A stretch of DNA of 64,000 nt from Candidatus Acidiferrales bacterium (GTDB lineage: Bacteria > Acidobacteriota > Terriglobia > Acidiferrales > UBA7541). Within the stretch, counting starts at the first letter, position 1. Every line of letters begins with the position of its first letter. The notes under the pieces were generated by a model. It was not told the DNA's origin. It saw only the letters and a list, made by a program, of their open reading frames with translations, and did no database searches. The DNA is taken from positions 748-64,747 of the forward strand of contig JASHRM010000048.1 of the NCBI GenBank assembly GCA_030037315.1, in the 5' to 3' direction. The position numbers and the translations under genes are program-made. Below are positions 9,771-19,452 of this stretch, one piece after another.

Positions 9771-11252
9771 TCAGGCGGAAACGAGAGTTTTTTCTTCCGG
9801 GGCCGAGGTTCCCTTCCATCCTCGGAAAAGGTCGAGGAAGAGCGTCTTTTGTCCTGCGACAAAGAGCAACAGCGCAAAATAGGCGGCGAAGAGGATCGCT
9901 GTCTCGACCACCAATCGCAACGGAGTCCACGAAATCGAGTTATAAAAGACCCGCGCGGCAAGAGCGATCGCCGCCGCGCCCAATACAGAGGCCAGTGGGC
10001 GGCCAATGGTCACCGCGAGATCCTTAAGTGAAATCGGCGTTTTGTGAACGGACCACGCGAGGATCGGAACCACCCAGAGGCACATTGCGACCGAATAGGC
10101 AAGAGCGACGCCTGCAGCACCCCGCGACAAACCCAAGGCGTAGCTCGCAATCATAATGGGTGCCAGCACGAGCGCGATTCGCAAAGCTCGTCCGACCAAA
10201 CCGAGCGCCGTGAGCAGCCATCCGACGGGATTTGAGACTGCGAAGACGAAAATCGTCGGAGCCAGCAACCGAAAGATCTGCGCGGCTGCTTTCCACTTCG
10301 GCCCCAGCAGCACAGCAACGACATCATCCGCAAACAATCCGCACGCGAGCGTCACGGGTAGAGTGAGAGAAAGTACCAACGAGTAGCCGCGCAGGAAGTA
10401 CCGCCTCAGGCGCGCTGCTTCGCTCTGTATGCGGGAGAGGGCGGAAAACGCCACTTCGCCGACAGTGCTGTTCAGCGTGTCCGTCGGAATGCGGATCAGT
10501 TGATACGCCCGGCTATAAATACCCGTCACTTCCGGGCCCCAGACGCGGCCGAGAAATACTTTGTCCAAGTTAAAAGTAAGGTAGAACAACACGCTATTGA
10601 GCGTGAGAGCGCTGCCGAACTTCACCATTGATTCCAGGCCGATTTGACGCCGCGGCATCCCGGGAATCCACCCCGTAGTGACCCACAAGCCGATCGTACC
10701 GACAAGGGGAAGCGAAGCAGTCATAGCCACCAAAGACCAATATCCGTAGTTCTTGTAAGCCATTCCGATCGCGAGGGCGGTACTGATGACCAGCGCAATG
10801 ACATCAACGGTTGCCAATGCCGTAAATCGCATCGCGCGCTGCAGCAGAGCCGTGTGCTGTACGCCCAAGCCGTTAAAAAAGAAACTCGCGGCAATGCCTC
10901 GAGTAACCCAAACGAGTTCGGGCTGACGGTAAAAGTCGCCAAGCAGGCCCGCGGAGAAGAACGTAATAGCCGCCAGAATGCCACCTACCAGCACGTTGAT
11001 CCAGAAGAGCGTCGAACTTTGATCTTCTGTCACGTGCTCGCGTTGAACTGCTGCTGCTGAGAGACCAAAATCTCGAAACAGGCTCAGGACGCCGGTGAAA
11101 GCCGTCGTCATTCCGATCAAGCCGAAGTCCTTTGGGTCGAGGAGCCTCGACAAAAACATCATCGAAACGAGACGAACCAGAATGCTGAGACCTAACGCAC
11201 AGACTCTCGCCGCACCTCCTCGAATTGTTTTGGCTTTTAGGTCGGTCGTCAT
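9771..11252 (-). CDS. MOP/PST-family polysaccharide flippase (Wzx-like), copy 1
   Basis: 493 aa, 12-14 TM segments. N-terminus KAKTIRGGAARV...LSRLLDPKDFGLIGM is typical of Wzx/PST transporters. Confidence 0.85.
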   Translation of the reverse strand: MTTDLKAKTIRGGAARVCALGLSILVRLVSMMFLSRLLDPKDFGLIGMTTAFTGVLSLFRDFGLSAAAVQREHVTEDQSSTLFWINVLVGGILAAITFFSAGLLGDFYRQPELVWVTRGIAASFFFNGLGVQHTALLQRAMRFTALATVDVIALVISTALAIGMAYKNYGYWSLVAMTASLPLVGTIGLWVTTGWIPGMPRRQIGLESMVKFGSALTLNSVLFYLTFNLDKVFLGRVWGPEVTGIYSRAYQLIRIPTDTLNSTVGEVAFSALSRIQSEAARLRRYFLRGYSLVLSLTLPVTLACGLFADDVVAVLLGPKWKAAAQIFRLLAPTIFVFAVSNPVGWLLTALGLVGRALRIALVLAPIMIASYALGLSRGAAGVALAYSVAMCLWVVPILAWSVHKTPISLKDLAVTIGRPLASVLGAAAIALAARVFYNSISWTPLRLVVETAILFAAYFALLLFVAGQKTLFLDLFRGWKGTSAPEEKTLVSA

Positions 11253-11300
11253 TTTCCGGCTACATCGTTCACCTCAAAGAGTGAGCGATGCAATGTAGCT

Positions 11301-12335
11301 CTAGGAGTTGCCAACCGCGGCAGTCGGGCGACTGACCGCATCGGAAGACGGTGCGGGCTTGCGTCTGCGTAGAATTCTTCCGACCGTTTCCTTAGGATTG
11401 AAAGCAAGGTCTGCGACTTTCGCACAAACCGCGGCTGCCAAGCGTCCGCGATGCAGTGGATGACCCACTTCCTGAAGACGCTTCTTATGATAGTTCCAGA
11501 ACTTGTCGTTCCGGAAATTCACTACAGCGATGGCCAGAAACCTATAGTAGTCATCGAGCAACTCCTCGGTGCGCGCGGCAATTTCAGCGGACGTAAGAAA
11601 ATACGAACCGTAGTTCCGTAAGTCGCTTAACTTCGAGCTCAAATACGCGTTGAATCCCTGTGATGTCTTCGTAATCTGGCCGGCGTGAAGCCTTTCGCAC
11701 GAACAAACCTGATGCACAAAACCGAAGTCGGAGTCTTTCAAGCAATTGTAGATGGCGCTGACGTCCGCTTCGGCGCTCTCATTCGGGAAAAAGTCACAGT
11801 TCCGTCGGACCAAATCCGAGCGATAGAAATTCGAGGTCGGATTCCCGAGAACGTTGAGTTTCCCGAGCAGCGACTTGCGGCCAATCTCACGGCCGGAAAA
11901 CGAATCGGTGGGGTATGGCAGTCCATCCGTTCTCAGATACCACTTGTCGCATCCACCGCTCAACTGATATGAGCCGACAACGCCGACCGAAGGATTTGCT
12001 TCGGCAACGGTTACCATCCGCTCCAGACACTCCGGCAAAATCCAGTCGTCCGCCGACACATCCTTGCAGTATTTGCTGGCCGGCGAAATCATGCTGAATG
12101 CCTTGTTATGGTTCGCGATGATGTCAAGAAAGGTGTCGTTTGTGTGAACTTTAATGCGCTTGTCCGTCTGTGCATATTTTTCGGCAAGCGCGCGAGTTCC
12201 GTCCTTGCTGACGTTGTCGACGATCGTATATTCCCAGTTGGAATACGTTTGGCTCAACACGCTCTCGATACATTCAGCGAGATACTCCTCGCCGTTGTAT
12301 ACAGGCGTGACGACGCTAACCAGAGGCTGATTCAC
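11301..12335 (-). CDS. Family-2 glycosyltransferase
   Basis: VSVVTPVYNGEEYLAECIESVLSQTYSNWEYTIVDNVSKDGT, plus a DxD-like SADDW. Confidence 0.85.
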   Translation of the reverse strand: MNQPLVSVVTPVYNGEEYLAECIESVLSQTYSNWEYTIVDNVSKDGTRALAEKYAQTDKRIKVHTNDTFLDIIANHNKAFSMISPASKYCKDVSADDWILPECLERMVTVAEANPSVGVVGSYQLSGGCDKWYLRTDGLPYPTDSFSGREIGRKSLLGKLNVLGNPTSNFYRSDLVRRNCDFFPNESAEADVSAIYNCLKDSDFGFVHQVCSCERLHAGQITKTSQGFNAYLSSKLSDLRNYGSYFLTSAEIAARTEELLDDYYRFLAIAVVNFRNDKFWNYHKKRLQEVGHPLHRGRLAAAVCAKVADLAFNPKETVGRILRRRKPAPSSDAVSRPTAAVGNS

Positions 12336-12366
12336 AAATTTTCTCCTTAGGAAGCTCCGGTCTGGG

Positions 12367-13692
12367 TTACCGATGCGCCATCGATTGCTTCAGTGCACGC
12401 TCGGCGGCGAGCTCGCCGCTTTTGAAGCTTTCGTCCGTCCACATGTAACCCCAATCGCCGTAACGGCCACAGTAGGCGATACCGAGATCATCGAGGTATC
12501 CATGAACGATCTTGAGCGCCTCGGCGCGCTCCAGATCGAAAATGATGTTCGCATACTTCAACAATTGGGCGTTACGGAACACGATACGATCGCTCTCGCG
12601 AAGCAACCCACAACGATGGAGGTCCCTGATCACCGGTTCAATCCAATCCTGTGGCGAACCGGTGAGAGGCTTGTATTTGGCAGAAAAATAAACCTCCGCT
12701 TGAATGCTGCCTGCACCGCTCGGAACATTGTTGGGCGAAAGCATGTGCGGGAAACTGAGGCGAGTGAAGCAAATGTCCTCATCGTAAAAATAGCTGAGAT
12801 GAGTTGGCGAAATATCCTCGCGATCCACGCCGACGTTGACGATAACGCACGTTGAGCAGGCCAGTTTGCGAGCGGCGGCGGCTACATCCTCAGGCGCTCC
12901 CTTGATCATCGGGATCAGCTCCGGCAGAGGAACCGATGAGATGAGCGATTCGTATTGCGTTACATGTCCGTTTGAGAAACGGAGTTGCCTCGCCTTGGGA
13001 TCAATGGATGTCAACTCGTGACCGAGCCTGAGATTGCCCATCGGCACGAACTTATTGAGATAGGTCACGAAACCGCCGTTCGTCGGATACCGGAACTGCG
13101 TGATGTAATGCATGTTCGGAGCGGAATCTGAAATCGCTCCTTTCAGTACTTCTTCGAGGTTCGGCCGGTAGATACGAGGCCCGAGCCAGTCCGTGCTCAT
13201 GTTTTCGGCAGTGGTCAGGTGATACTTACGTGTGTACTGCATCGGAAAGAGCTCGGCGAAGGTGCGGCCGAAGCTTGCGAGCAGCCAGTCCGCATAATTC
13301 TTGATCGGTTTTTCGGGCGCCTGCCGCTGCTCAACGAAGTCCGCGATCACTTTGACGATCACGTCTTCCGGTAGGCCGTGCAAATGGAGCTGCACCGGGT
13401 GCAACGGCCAGTAGCCACGCCAATAGTTGTTCAACTTGAGCGGCTTTGTTTCGAATTGCTGGTTCACACTGTCGGCAAAAAGTTCCTGAATGCGCGTGTC
13501 TTTGGTGAAAGAAATGTGAGGGCCCAAATCGAAAAGAAAGCCACCGTCGTGGCGAAACGAAGACGTATGACCGCCGTGATGACCGTTCTTGTCGTACATG
13601 ACGGGCGCAATACCTTCACCGTGCAAACGAAAAGCAGCACCGAACCCTGCCATTCCGCTTCCCAAGATCACAATATTTGACATGAAGAACAA
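12367..13692 (-). CDS. FAD/NAD(P)-binding oxidoreductase (amine-oxidase / protoporphyrinogen-oxidase-like fold)
   Basis: N-terminal dinucleotide-binding motif IVILGSGMAGFGAAFRL...YDKNGHHGGH. Substrate unknown. Confidence 0.65.
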   Translation of the reverse strand: MFFMSNIVILGSGMAGFGAAFRLHGEGIAPVMYDKNGHHGGHTSSFRHDGGFLFDLGPHISFTKDTRIQELFADSVNQQFETKPLKLNNYWRGYWPLHPVQLHLHGLPEDVIVKVIADFVEQRQAPEKPIKNYADWLLASFGRTFAELFPMQYTRKYHLTTAENMSTDWLGPRIYRPNLEEVLKGAISDSAPNMHYITQFRYPTNGGFVTYLNKFVPMGNLRLGHELTSIDPKARQLRFSNGHVTQYESLISSVPLPELIPMIKGAPEDVAAAARKLACSTCVIVNVGVDREDISPTHLSYFYDEDICFTRLSFPHMLSPNNVPSGAGSIQAEVYFSAKYKPLTGSPQDWIEPVIRDLHRCGLLRESDRIVFRNAQLLKYANIIFDLERAEALKIVHGYLDDLGIAYCGRYGDWGYMWTDESFKSGELAAERALKQSMAHR

Positions 13693-13785
13693 TTCTCCTG
13701 GCGTTTCGTCTTTGGATTCCGCTTACGAGCGGCTAAATGGGACCGTCCGTTCACCCGTGGAGCGCTGTTCGAGATTCCTTTTTAT

Positions 13786-15126
13786 TCAGAGAGAAACGGG
13801 AACCGCAGAGCGCTCTCGGGTTTCTTGCCTTATGAGCCGCCAACGCGCAGCCTGCTCTTTCCAGAGCTCGCCTGCGAGTCTGCCCTGAGGTACATCGACG
13901 TCATCGAACGAAATGACGCTGTCTTTCGAAATATCGCGGCGCAATATGCAACCTTCAGAAAGACTGATCGGCAGGGCGGAAACTTCTCGAGCGGCCGACG
14001 CATTGTCGATCAAGCCATATCCACAGAATCCGCCGACACCATCGAGTGTCTCTCGAGCCTTAAGATCACGCTTGGCCATCGTGACGACCTCGCAGACCGG
14101 TCCATCCATCGGCGCCACCGTCGGATCCTTGTGAATCGCGGCCCGGGCAATCGTCGAAGCAATCTGGATGTATGGGAGGTGGAACGGTGTATAGAAAACA
14201 AAGAACGGGCCGTCACCAAGCCTGTAGTAGGTGAGCTGAGCACGCTTGAGTGGCACTTCTTCATGAACCACCACCCATGCACCGGTATGTGGCACAGCTC
14301 CCAGCGAGTAGTCGACAAGGCCGGTCGCGAGCATTTGATCGGCGGGGAGCAGGTTCGCAAGCTCGCGAACATTGCCGCACGGGAAGCCGTACATGCCGCG
14401 TCGCCCAGCACGGAAACCGGTCGCATTCGCCAAAACCGTCGTTTCCATCGAAAGTTTCGTCGCGTCGGCAAACGACGTGACCTTGCGGACGTCCTGGTCG
14501 TATTTCTCGGCGAATCCTTTCTGCGTTTCGGGAGTGCGGTAGTAATCGACCATGCCCTTGATGTTTCCTGCGGCAACCGTGCGCAAACCGATCGAGCGGA
14601 GGTAGCGCAAAAGCGTCATGGCAACACCAGGTTCGTCGCCGTCCGTGTTTGTCACGACCACGCCAGCTTGGTCAGCCTTCACCTTGAGGATCGGGCCAAG
14701 CAGCGAATCCAACTCCGCATTCACGAGAATCACATGCTTTCCGTGAGCGAAGGAGTCGAGCGTGACGCGAAGAGCTGGCTCCACGCTGCCGGTTACTTCC
14801 ACAATTACGTCAAGGGCGTCGCACGTTGTTAACGCAGAAGGATCATCGGTTAAAACTGTGACGCCGCGTTCGATCGAAGCCTCCACAGCGCGCGCCGAAT
14901 CCGCATCTGCCCATTCGTCGACGCCTGCCTCGCGAAGTGCGCGCTCGCTGTGCGAGCGTGTTCTATTGGCGATTGCAGCAAGACGAATCCCGGGTACTGG
15001 AGTTGCAAGCTGCAAAGCGATCGCGCGGCCGGTTGCACCTGCTCCGATCATGCCGACGCGAATGGGCTTGCCTTTGGCTTCGCGCTCCAACAACGCGGTG
15101 TCTGTGATCAACGACGGCGTAAGCAT
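13786..15126 (-). CDS. NAD(P)-binding dehydrogenase, homoserine-dehydrogenase-like with a C-terminal SAF-like domain
   Basis: Rossmann motif IRVGMIGAGATGRAIALQL. The overall length and C-terminal region resemble the COG4091-type family. Assigned from memory of the family only. Confidence 0.5.
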   Translation of the reverse strand: MLTPSLITDTALLEREAKGKPIRVGMIGAGATGRAIALQLATPVPGIRLAAIANRTRSHSERALREAGVDEWADADSARAVEASIERGVTVLTDDPSALTTCDALDVIVEVTGSVEPALRVTLDSFAHGKHVILVNAELDSLLGPILKVKADQAGVVVTNTDGDEPGVAMTLLRYLRSIGLRTVAAGNIKGMVDYYRTPETQKGFAEKYDQDVRKVTSFADATKLSMETTVLANATGFRAGRRGMYGFPCGNVRELANLLPADQMLATGLVDYSLGAVPHTGAWVVVHEEVPLKRAQLTYYRLGDGPFFVFYTPFHLPYIQIASTIARAAIHKDPTVAPMDGPVCEVVTMAKRDLKARETLDGVGGFCGYGLIDNASAAREVSALPISLSEGCILRRDISKDSVISFDDVDVPQGRLAGELWKEQAARWRLIRQETRERSAVPVSL

Positions 15127-15141
15127 GACTGTAAGGTCCTC

Positions 15142-15675
15142 CTACCGTTGCCCGAGCAACGGCCAACTGCGATCTTGTTCGGAAATGACGGTTGCGGCAA
15201 GAGGCCATTGGATTCCGAATGCAGGATCGTCGTAGCGAACTCCAGAAGCCGACTCGGCGTTATAGAACTTCGATGTGTGATAATTCATTTCCGTGTTGTC
15301 CGCTAGGGTCATATAGCCTTGTGCGAACCCGTCGGGGACGTAAATCATCCAGCTATTTTCTTCCGTGAGCTCAACCCCAAACCATCGCTTGTACGTGGGA
15401 GATTCGGGTCGCAAGTCCACAATCGTGTCGAACATTGCCCCTCTCGTACAGCGGACAATTTTGACTTCCGCGTGCGGAGCTTTCTGGAAGTGGAGACCCC
15501 TCAGGGTTCCCTTTCGAAGGCTGAACCCGACATTCGATTGAGTAATCTCGCCCTTGAGGCCCTGCTGCTCGAGTTCCCTCTTGCACCAAGCGCGCGCGAA
15601 GTATCCGCGCTCATCGGTGATTTTCTGCGGCTCGATAACATAGGCGCCCGGTAGCGTCGTTTCTCGGAAAATCAA
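15142..15675 (-). CDS. NDP-4-keto-6-deoxyhexose 3,5-epimerase (RmlC/RfbC-like cupin)
   Basis: LPGAYVIEPQKITDERGYFARAW...RGLHFQ...KIVRCTRGAMFDTIVDLR, a typical RmlC-family pattern. Confidence 0.85.
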   Translation of the reverse strand: MIFRETTLPGAYVIEPQKITDERGYFARAWCKRELEQQGLKGEITQSNVGFSLRKGTLRGLHFQKAPHAEVKIVRCTRGAMFDTIVDLRPESPTYKRWFGVELTEENSWMIYVPDGFAQGYMTLADNTEMNYHTSKFYNAESASGVRYDDPAFGIQWPLAATVISEQDRSWPLLGQR

Positions 15676-15697
15676 TCCATTTCTCTCCCGCTCACCG

Positions 15698-16762
15698 TTA
15701 CGCGGACAAGGAATACAGTTGGCGGCTCACGCCATGCCCGTTCCGCCACCGCAAATTCTCATCCAGCTCGCCCGTGCTCAGAAGCTGTTTGATTTGTGCG
15801 ATACGCTTGTACTTCGGGCCCTCGTATTCGTCTTTCTGCAATCCGACGCTTCGATACGAATCGTAGATTTGCTTCACGCCGCGCGGCACGCTCCAGCGCA
15901 AGGGATGATTCGGAAATAACCTTGTATATTTCCCGAAGTCCACGCGGTAGTTACGCTTGTCCGGCTCCGCGCCATCCGCGAACTTTACTTCGCAATTGGG
16001 CACCGTCGCCTTGACGAATTCGGCCAACTGGAACACCTGATAGTTCTCAGAATTCATCCCGACGTTGATCGCCTGGTTATGGATGACCTCTCTCGGAGCC
16101 GCCAGAGCGGCGATTACTGCGAGACTAATGTCCTCGATGTGCACGAGCGGCCGCCACGGTGTTCCGTCACTCTTGAGCAAAATATGGCCGGTGGTGTAGG
16201 CCCATGCCGTCAGATTGTTGACGACCAAATCAAAACGCATTCTCGGCGATACACCGTAGGCCGTGCTGTTCCGCATGAAGACTGGACTGAAGCGATCACT
16301 CGCCAGTTCCTTTACATCGCGCTCGACAAGAACCTTGGAGATTGCATATGCCGTTACGGGATTCAAGGTGGCGTTCTCATCTTGCAGACCGTCGCTGGCC
16401 GCTCCGTAGTTACTGCAGGAAGAAGCAAAAACGAATCTCGAAATGCCCAACTCCTTGGCCATTGCGGCAAGGCGAACAGAGGCGATGTGGTTGATCGCGT
16501 AAGTCAGATCGGGATTGAGGTCGCCAAGCAGATCGTTCGACAGACCTGCGAGATGGACAATCGCGTCCACGCCAGCTAAGTCCGATTTTTCGATGTCGCG
16601 TACATCCTTGATGATCTCAGGAATTTCGGGAATACCATCGCAATATGTACTGTTCCTATATAGGTCGCTGTCTAGCCCCACGACAGAATGGCCGGTACTC
16701 TGAAGCATCGGAACCATAACGGTACCGATGTATCCCTTATGCCCCGTGACTAGCACTCGCAT
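15698..16762 (-). CDS. NAD-dependent sugar epimerase/dehydratase (extended SDR)
   Basis: MRVLVTGHKGYIGTVMVPML glycine-rich motif and YAISK (YxxxK). Confidence 0.85.
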   Translation of the reverse strand: MRVLVTGHKGYIGTVMVPMLQSTGHSVVGLDSDLYRNSTYCDGIPEIPEIIKDVRDIEKSDLAGVDAIVHLAGLSNDLLGDLNPDLTYAINHIASVRLAAMAKELGISRFVFASSCSNYGAASDGLQDENATLNPVTAYAISKVLVERDVKELASDRFSPVFMRNSTAYGVSPRMRFDLVVNNLTAWAYTTGHILLKSDGTPWRPLVHIEDISLAVIAALAAPREVIHNQAINVGMNSENYQVFQLAEFVKATVPNCEVKFADGAEPDKRNYRVDFGKYTRLFPNHPLRWSVPRGVKQIYDSYRSVGLQKDEYEGPKYKRIAQIKQLLSTGELDENLRWRNGHGVSRQLYSLSA

Positions 16763-16915
16763 CGCTAGGTTTTCCCTCCTGTTCCCTGAAGACTTACGCG
16801 GCGCGAAGCCACTTCAAGAACCGCGAGAGACAATCCAATCAAGCGCTAGGAAGGCCGAGATGCAGGCCGGGCGGGCTACCGCCATTCACGTCGAAGCCAG
16901 CGCCATCCTAAATAC

Positions 16916-16931
16916 TGCAATCAAGGTACCA
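16916..16931 (-). promoter_or_regulatory. Candidate sigma-54 (-24/-12) promoter for the distal sub-operon (16762 downwards)
   Basis: The minus-strand sequence reads TGGTACCTTGATTGCA, against the consensus TGGCACG-N4-TTGCW. The GG and GC dinucleotides have correct spacing. It lies in the 391-bp gap, about 150 nt upstream of the SDR start at 16762. Confidence 0.55.
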
Positions 16932-17153
16932 GCTCCACCCACTCCGCAGAAACAGCCGCCCACTGTGAACATCGCAAAACACTGTTTATGAATGACTTAG
17001 AAGAAAAGCCACGATTGATTGCGAGATGGATCCTCGAAAACTCAGCGACAGGGAAAATTCTTGCCACTATATAGCCGCGCGGCTTCCCTCAGATGCCATA
17101 GAGCAGCTCGTTCTTTCTAAGTCTATCAGAATCATAGAGTTACAAATAGGCCG

Positions 17154-18203
17154 CTAATTGGTTGGTATTGTTCGCTTTAGTTCGGTCCGCTGGAGCCAAA
17201 TGAGAAGAAGCGCCATGGGTACGAGGGCGATTAGGAAGAAGACGATGCCGCCGCGGCGGTGCAGATTCCCATATAGAAAACCGGGGTTTACGTAGACGGC
17301 CAGGGTCGAAAGAGTGGCAATACGGAGCCCATTCTTGAGAATCGCCAGGGGAAGGATGACGGCACAGAGAAGCAGCCTTTTCCAAGTCGTTCGCAGATAG
17401 AGGTAGCTTGCGAGCACCGTGGTGATGAGCAGAGCGAGGCTAGATCGAATGCCGCTGCATTCCTCCGCCACGCGAATCGCGACCCCCGGCAAGCGGAAGA
17501 TCAGTCCCTGGCGAAGATACGGAACGCCCGCCAACTGAAAGAACCACGCCGCGGCGTTCGCACTTTGGTTCTGCAAAAATCCAATGATGTAGGACAGAAT
17601 CGGCTCCGGTATCGGAACGCAGAAAAACATGAATAGTATGGGGAATTGCGCCTTTTGGAACGCACGCGTTCCGAAGAAGGAGATGAAAGCTCCGAGCCAC
17701 ACCAGTAGAACACTAAATACGAAGAGTGCGCCCTGATTTTCAGGCCCAAGACTCCCATGGTGCACCCGCGTCGCAAATAAACATAGCAGTCCGGGAACGA
17801 TTAGGGCGGCGCCGAGAATCCAGGCGTAAGAAATCTCGGAAAAAACCCTTTTGCGCCCTTCGTAAATGAAAAACAGACTTACAAACGGGATAACGAGAAT
17901 CTGCGAAAAACTATCCACTGTCCAAACAAGCGATGCGACTGCTTTGGTTAAGTCCCACGCGACCGCGAACGGTAGAAGGCAAACGACAACGCATCCGCCG
18001 ACCCGAGACCATCGCAGCGGTTTGGTGGCGAGGGCGGCTCGGCTGACTTTTATATCTTTGGCTGTGGAATGCACGGACCTAGGAACGCACACCGTTGGGG
18101 ATAAGGGCCTCGCTAACTTCGTATTGCATTCGATCGCCATCGAGAACTGCGTAGGCGATCCGAGCTCTTTCCTTCTCCGCTCCTTCGATTTCCCACTTTC
18201 CAT
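17154..18203 (-). CDS. Exosortase (EpsH/Xrt family transpeptidase)
   Basis: Polytopic. Hallmark motifs are VAEECSGIRSSLALL (catalytic Cys), ILKNGLRIATL (conserved Arg) and GNLHRRGGIVFF (conserved His). The start is uncertain: the ORF-track start overlaps the upstream gene by 125 nt. Alternatives are the ATG at 18140 or the GTG at 18074, which is 5 nt past the upstream stop. Confidence 0.85.
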   Translation of the reverse strand: MESGKSKERRRKELGSPTQFSMAIECNTKLARPLSPTVCVPRSVHSTAKDIKVSRAALATKPLRWSRVGGCVVVCLLPFAVAWDLTKAVASLVWTVDSFSQILVIPFVSLFFIYEGRKRVFSEISYAWILGAALIVPGLLCLFATRVHHGSLGPENQGALFVFSVLLVWLGAFISFFGTRAFQKAQFPILFMFFCVPIPEPILSYIIGFLQNQSANAAAWFFQLAGVPYLRQGLIFRLPGVAIRVAEECSGIRSSLALLITTVLASYLYLRTTWKRLLLCAVILPLAILKNGLRIATLSTLAVYVNPGFLYGNLHRRGGIVFFLIALVPMALLLIWLQRTELKRTIPTN

Positions 18204-19452
18204 CTTTCTGCACCAGTTTCATTTCATTTCTGGCCCGCCACCAACGGTCAACTTCCGTGGGAAGCGGCGCCCAGACCTTCTCCGCGACAATCATGCCCCG
18301 CAAATAATCGAGCAATTCCTCATAGACCTTTCTCGCTTTGGGCTCGATCAAGTAATCGGGATGGGCGATGAAGCTCATTAACCCGTGCCTTTGGCGTATC
18401 AGTTCGAGTTGGACTTTCCACAGATCGATCGAGTAATCCCCAAGAATGTGGAAGAGCGAATAGTCCTGGATCGTTGTTAGGGGAAGTTCCAAAATCCTGC
18501 CGATGAAAAAGGGCATTACGCTGCAACAACCACCGCGCTTCGGTTCCAGATGTGCGACGTTTGGAAGCGACATGTCGTAAGAAAATTCAAAGGCGTCGTA
18601 CCAATCGAGGTTTCGGTACATCGCGCCCGCACGAAAACCTTCAGCGTGATATCTGCGCGCGCATTCGTTGATCGTGGCGGCGCGGCGAAGAAACTCCTCA
18701 CGTTCCTGATACAGGCGACCATCGTGATTCAAGTCGTGAATGTTGAATTCAAAGCCGCGGCTCCTAATCTGGCTGACGTATTGATCGGTTACGTCATACC
18801 GCATTTCCGGTATGACCTGAAACGATGCGGAAATCCCATATTGTTCATCGATATCCATGAGGCCAGATGTGAAGTCGCGGCCCACGGCCGTCTCGACATC
18901 GTGGGTCATCACGAGACAGCTTTGCGACGCTTCCGGCCAGAACCAGATGAATGGCAATTTCTGTATCCCGGAGGCCTGCATGGATAACTTCAGAAGTTCT
19001 TCGTGAAGGAGATCGACGGTGAAATCTACCGGCCAAGCAGGGAAGGGTCTTTTGCGCCAATCGCTGAAATAGATCCGCTGAAGGTGACGGCGTATCGAAA
19101 TCGGCAGACCTTCGCGAATCGAATAATATGCTTTGAGCAGCCATTCCTGCGTTACGATCCGCTCTCGGTCGGGAATCAGCGTCTCGACGTAGCGTTCTCG
19201 TCGCAGGTTGTCGATCGTTTGCGCGGGACTGAAGCTTAATCGAACCTCACCATTGTGGAAGAAAACGGCTTTGCTTGCGTCGTAAAAAGACGAGGAGCCA
19301 ATTCCCGCAGCCACTCCGGAGTTGGATTGTCCGTAGCAGGTCACATGGGGGCCAAATCGGAAGTATCCCGTGCGCCCTGAAAGCTCAGGTTCGACAAACT
19401 TGCCGAGCAGCCGATTTGGGATTCTGTAGTAATCCGAGAGTGCCTGAATCAC
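18079..19452 (-). CDS. CE4-like (polysaccharide-deacetylase-fold) protein, paralog A
   Basis: LVMTHDVETAVG (a TFDD-like motif 1), NIHDLNHDG, FRAGAMY, ILELPLTT and FIAHPDY. Collinear with the 37401..39065 protein. GTG start. Confidence 0.6.
   Translation of the reverse strand: MIQALSDYYRIPNRLLGKFVEPELSGRTGYFRFGPHVTCYGQSNSGVAAGIGSSSFYDASKAVFFHNGEVRLSFSPAQTIDNLRRERYVETLIPDRERIVTQEWLLKAYYSIREGLPISIRRHLQRIYFSDWRKRPFPAWPVDFTVDLLHEELLKLSMQASGIQKLPFIWFWPEASQSCLVMTHDVETAVGRDFTSGLMDIDEQYGISASFQVIPEMRYDVTDQYVSQIRSRGFEFNIHDLNHDGRLYQEREEFLRRAATINECARRYHAEGFRAGAMYRNLDWYDAFEFSYDMSLPNVAHLEPKRGGCCSVMPFFIGRILELPLTTIQDYSLFHILGDYSIDLWKVQLELIRQRHGLMSFIAHPDYLIEPKARKVYEELLDYLRGMIVAEKVWAPLPTEVDRWWRARNEMKLVQKDGKWEIEGAEKERARIAYAVLDGDRMQYEVSEALIPNGVRS

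Noticed and set aside
9719-10006. N-terminal 96-aa extension of the Cys-rich protein ORF (8636..10006).
   Set aside because: It would overlap the flippase gene by 236 nt and is Arg/Ser-rich junk-like sequence. An internal ATG at 9718 begins the conserved repeat module.
13825-14832. 335-aa plus-strand ORF. Similar long antisense ORFs occur at 41393..42295, 51154..51825, 58532..59251, 49308..49931 and 26580..27188.
   Set aside because: All lie fully inside minus-strand genes that have clear family motifs. Their translations are Arg/Ser/Pro-rich and lack motifs. They are typical shadow ORFs of moderately GC-rich coding DNA.
16886-16972. 28-aa minus-strand ORF MFTVGGCFCGVGGAGTLIAVFRMALAST in the gap after the exosortase. 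I considered it as a small membrane peptide or an exosortase substrate.
   Set aside because: It has no Shine-Dalgarno sequence and no PEP motif or Arg-rich tail. It also overlaps the candidate sigma-54 promoter (16916..16931), so it is most likely non-coding.
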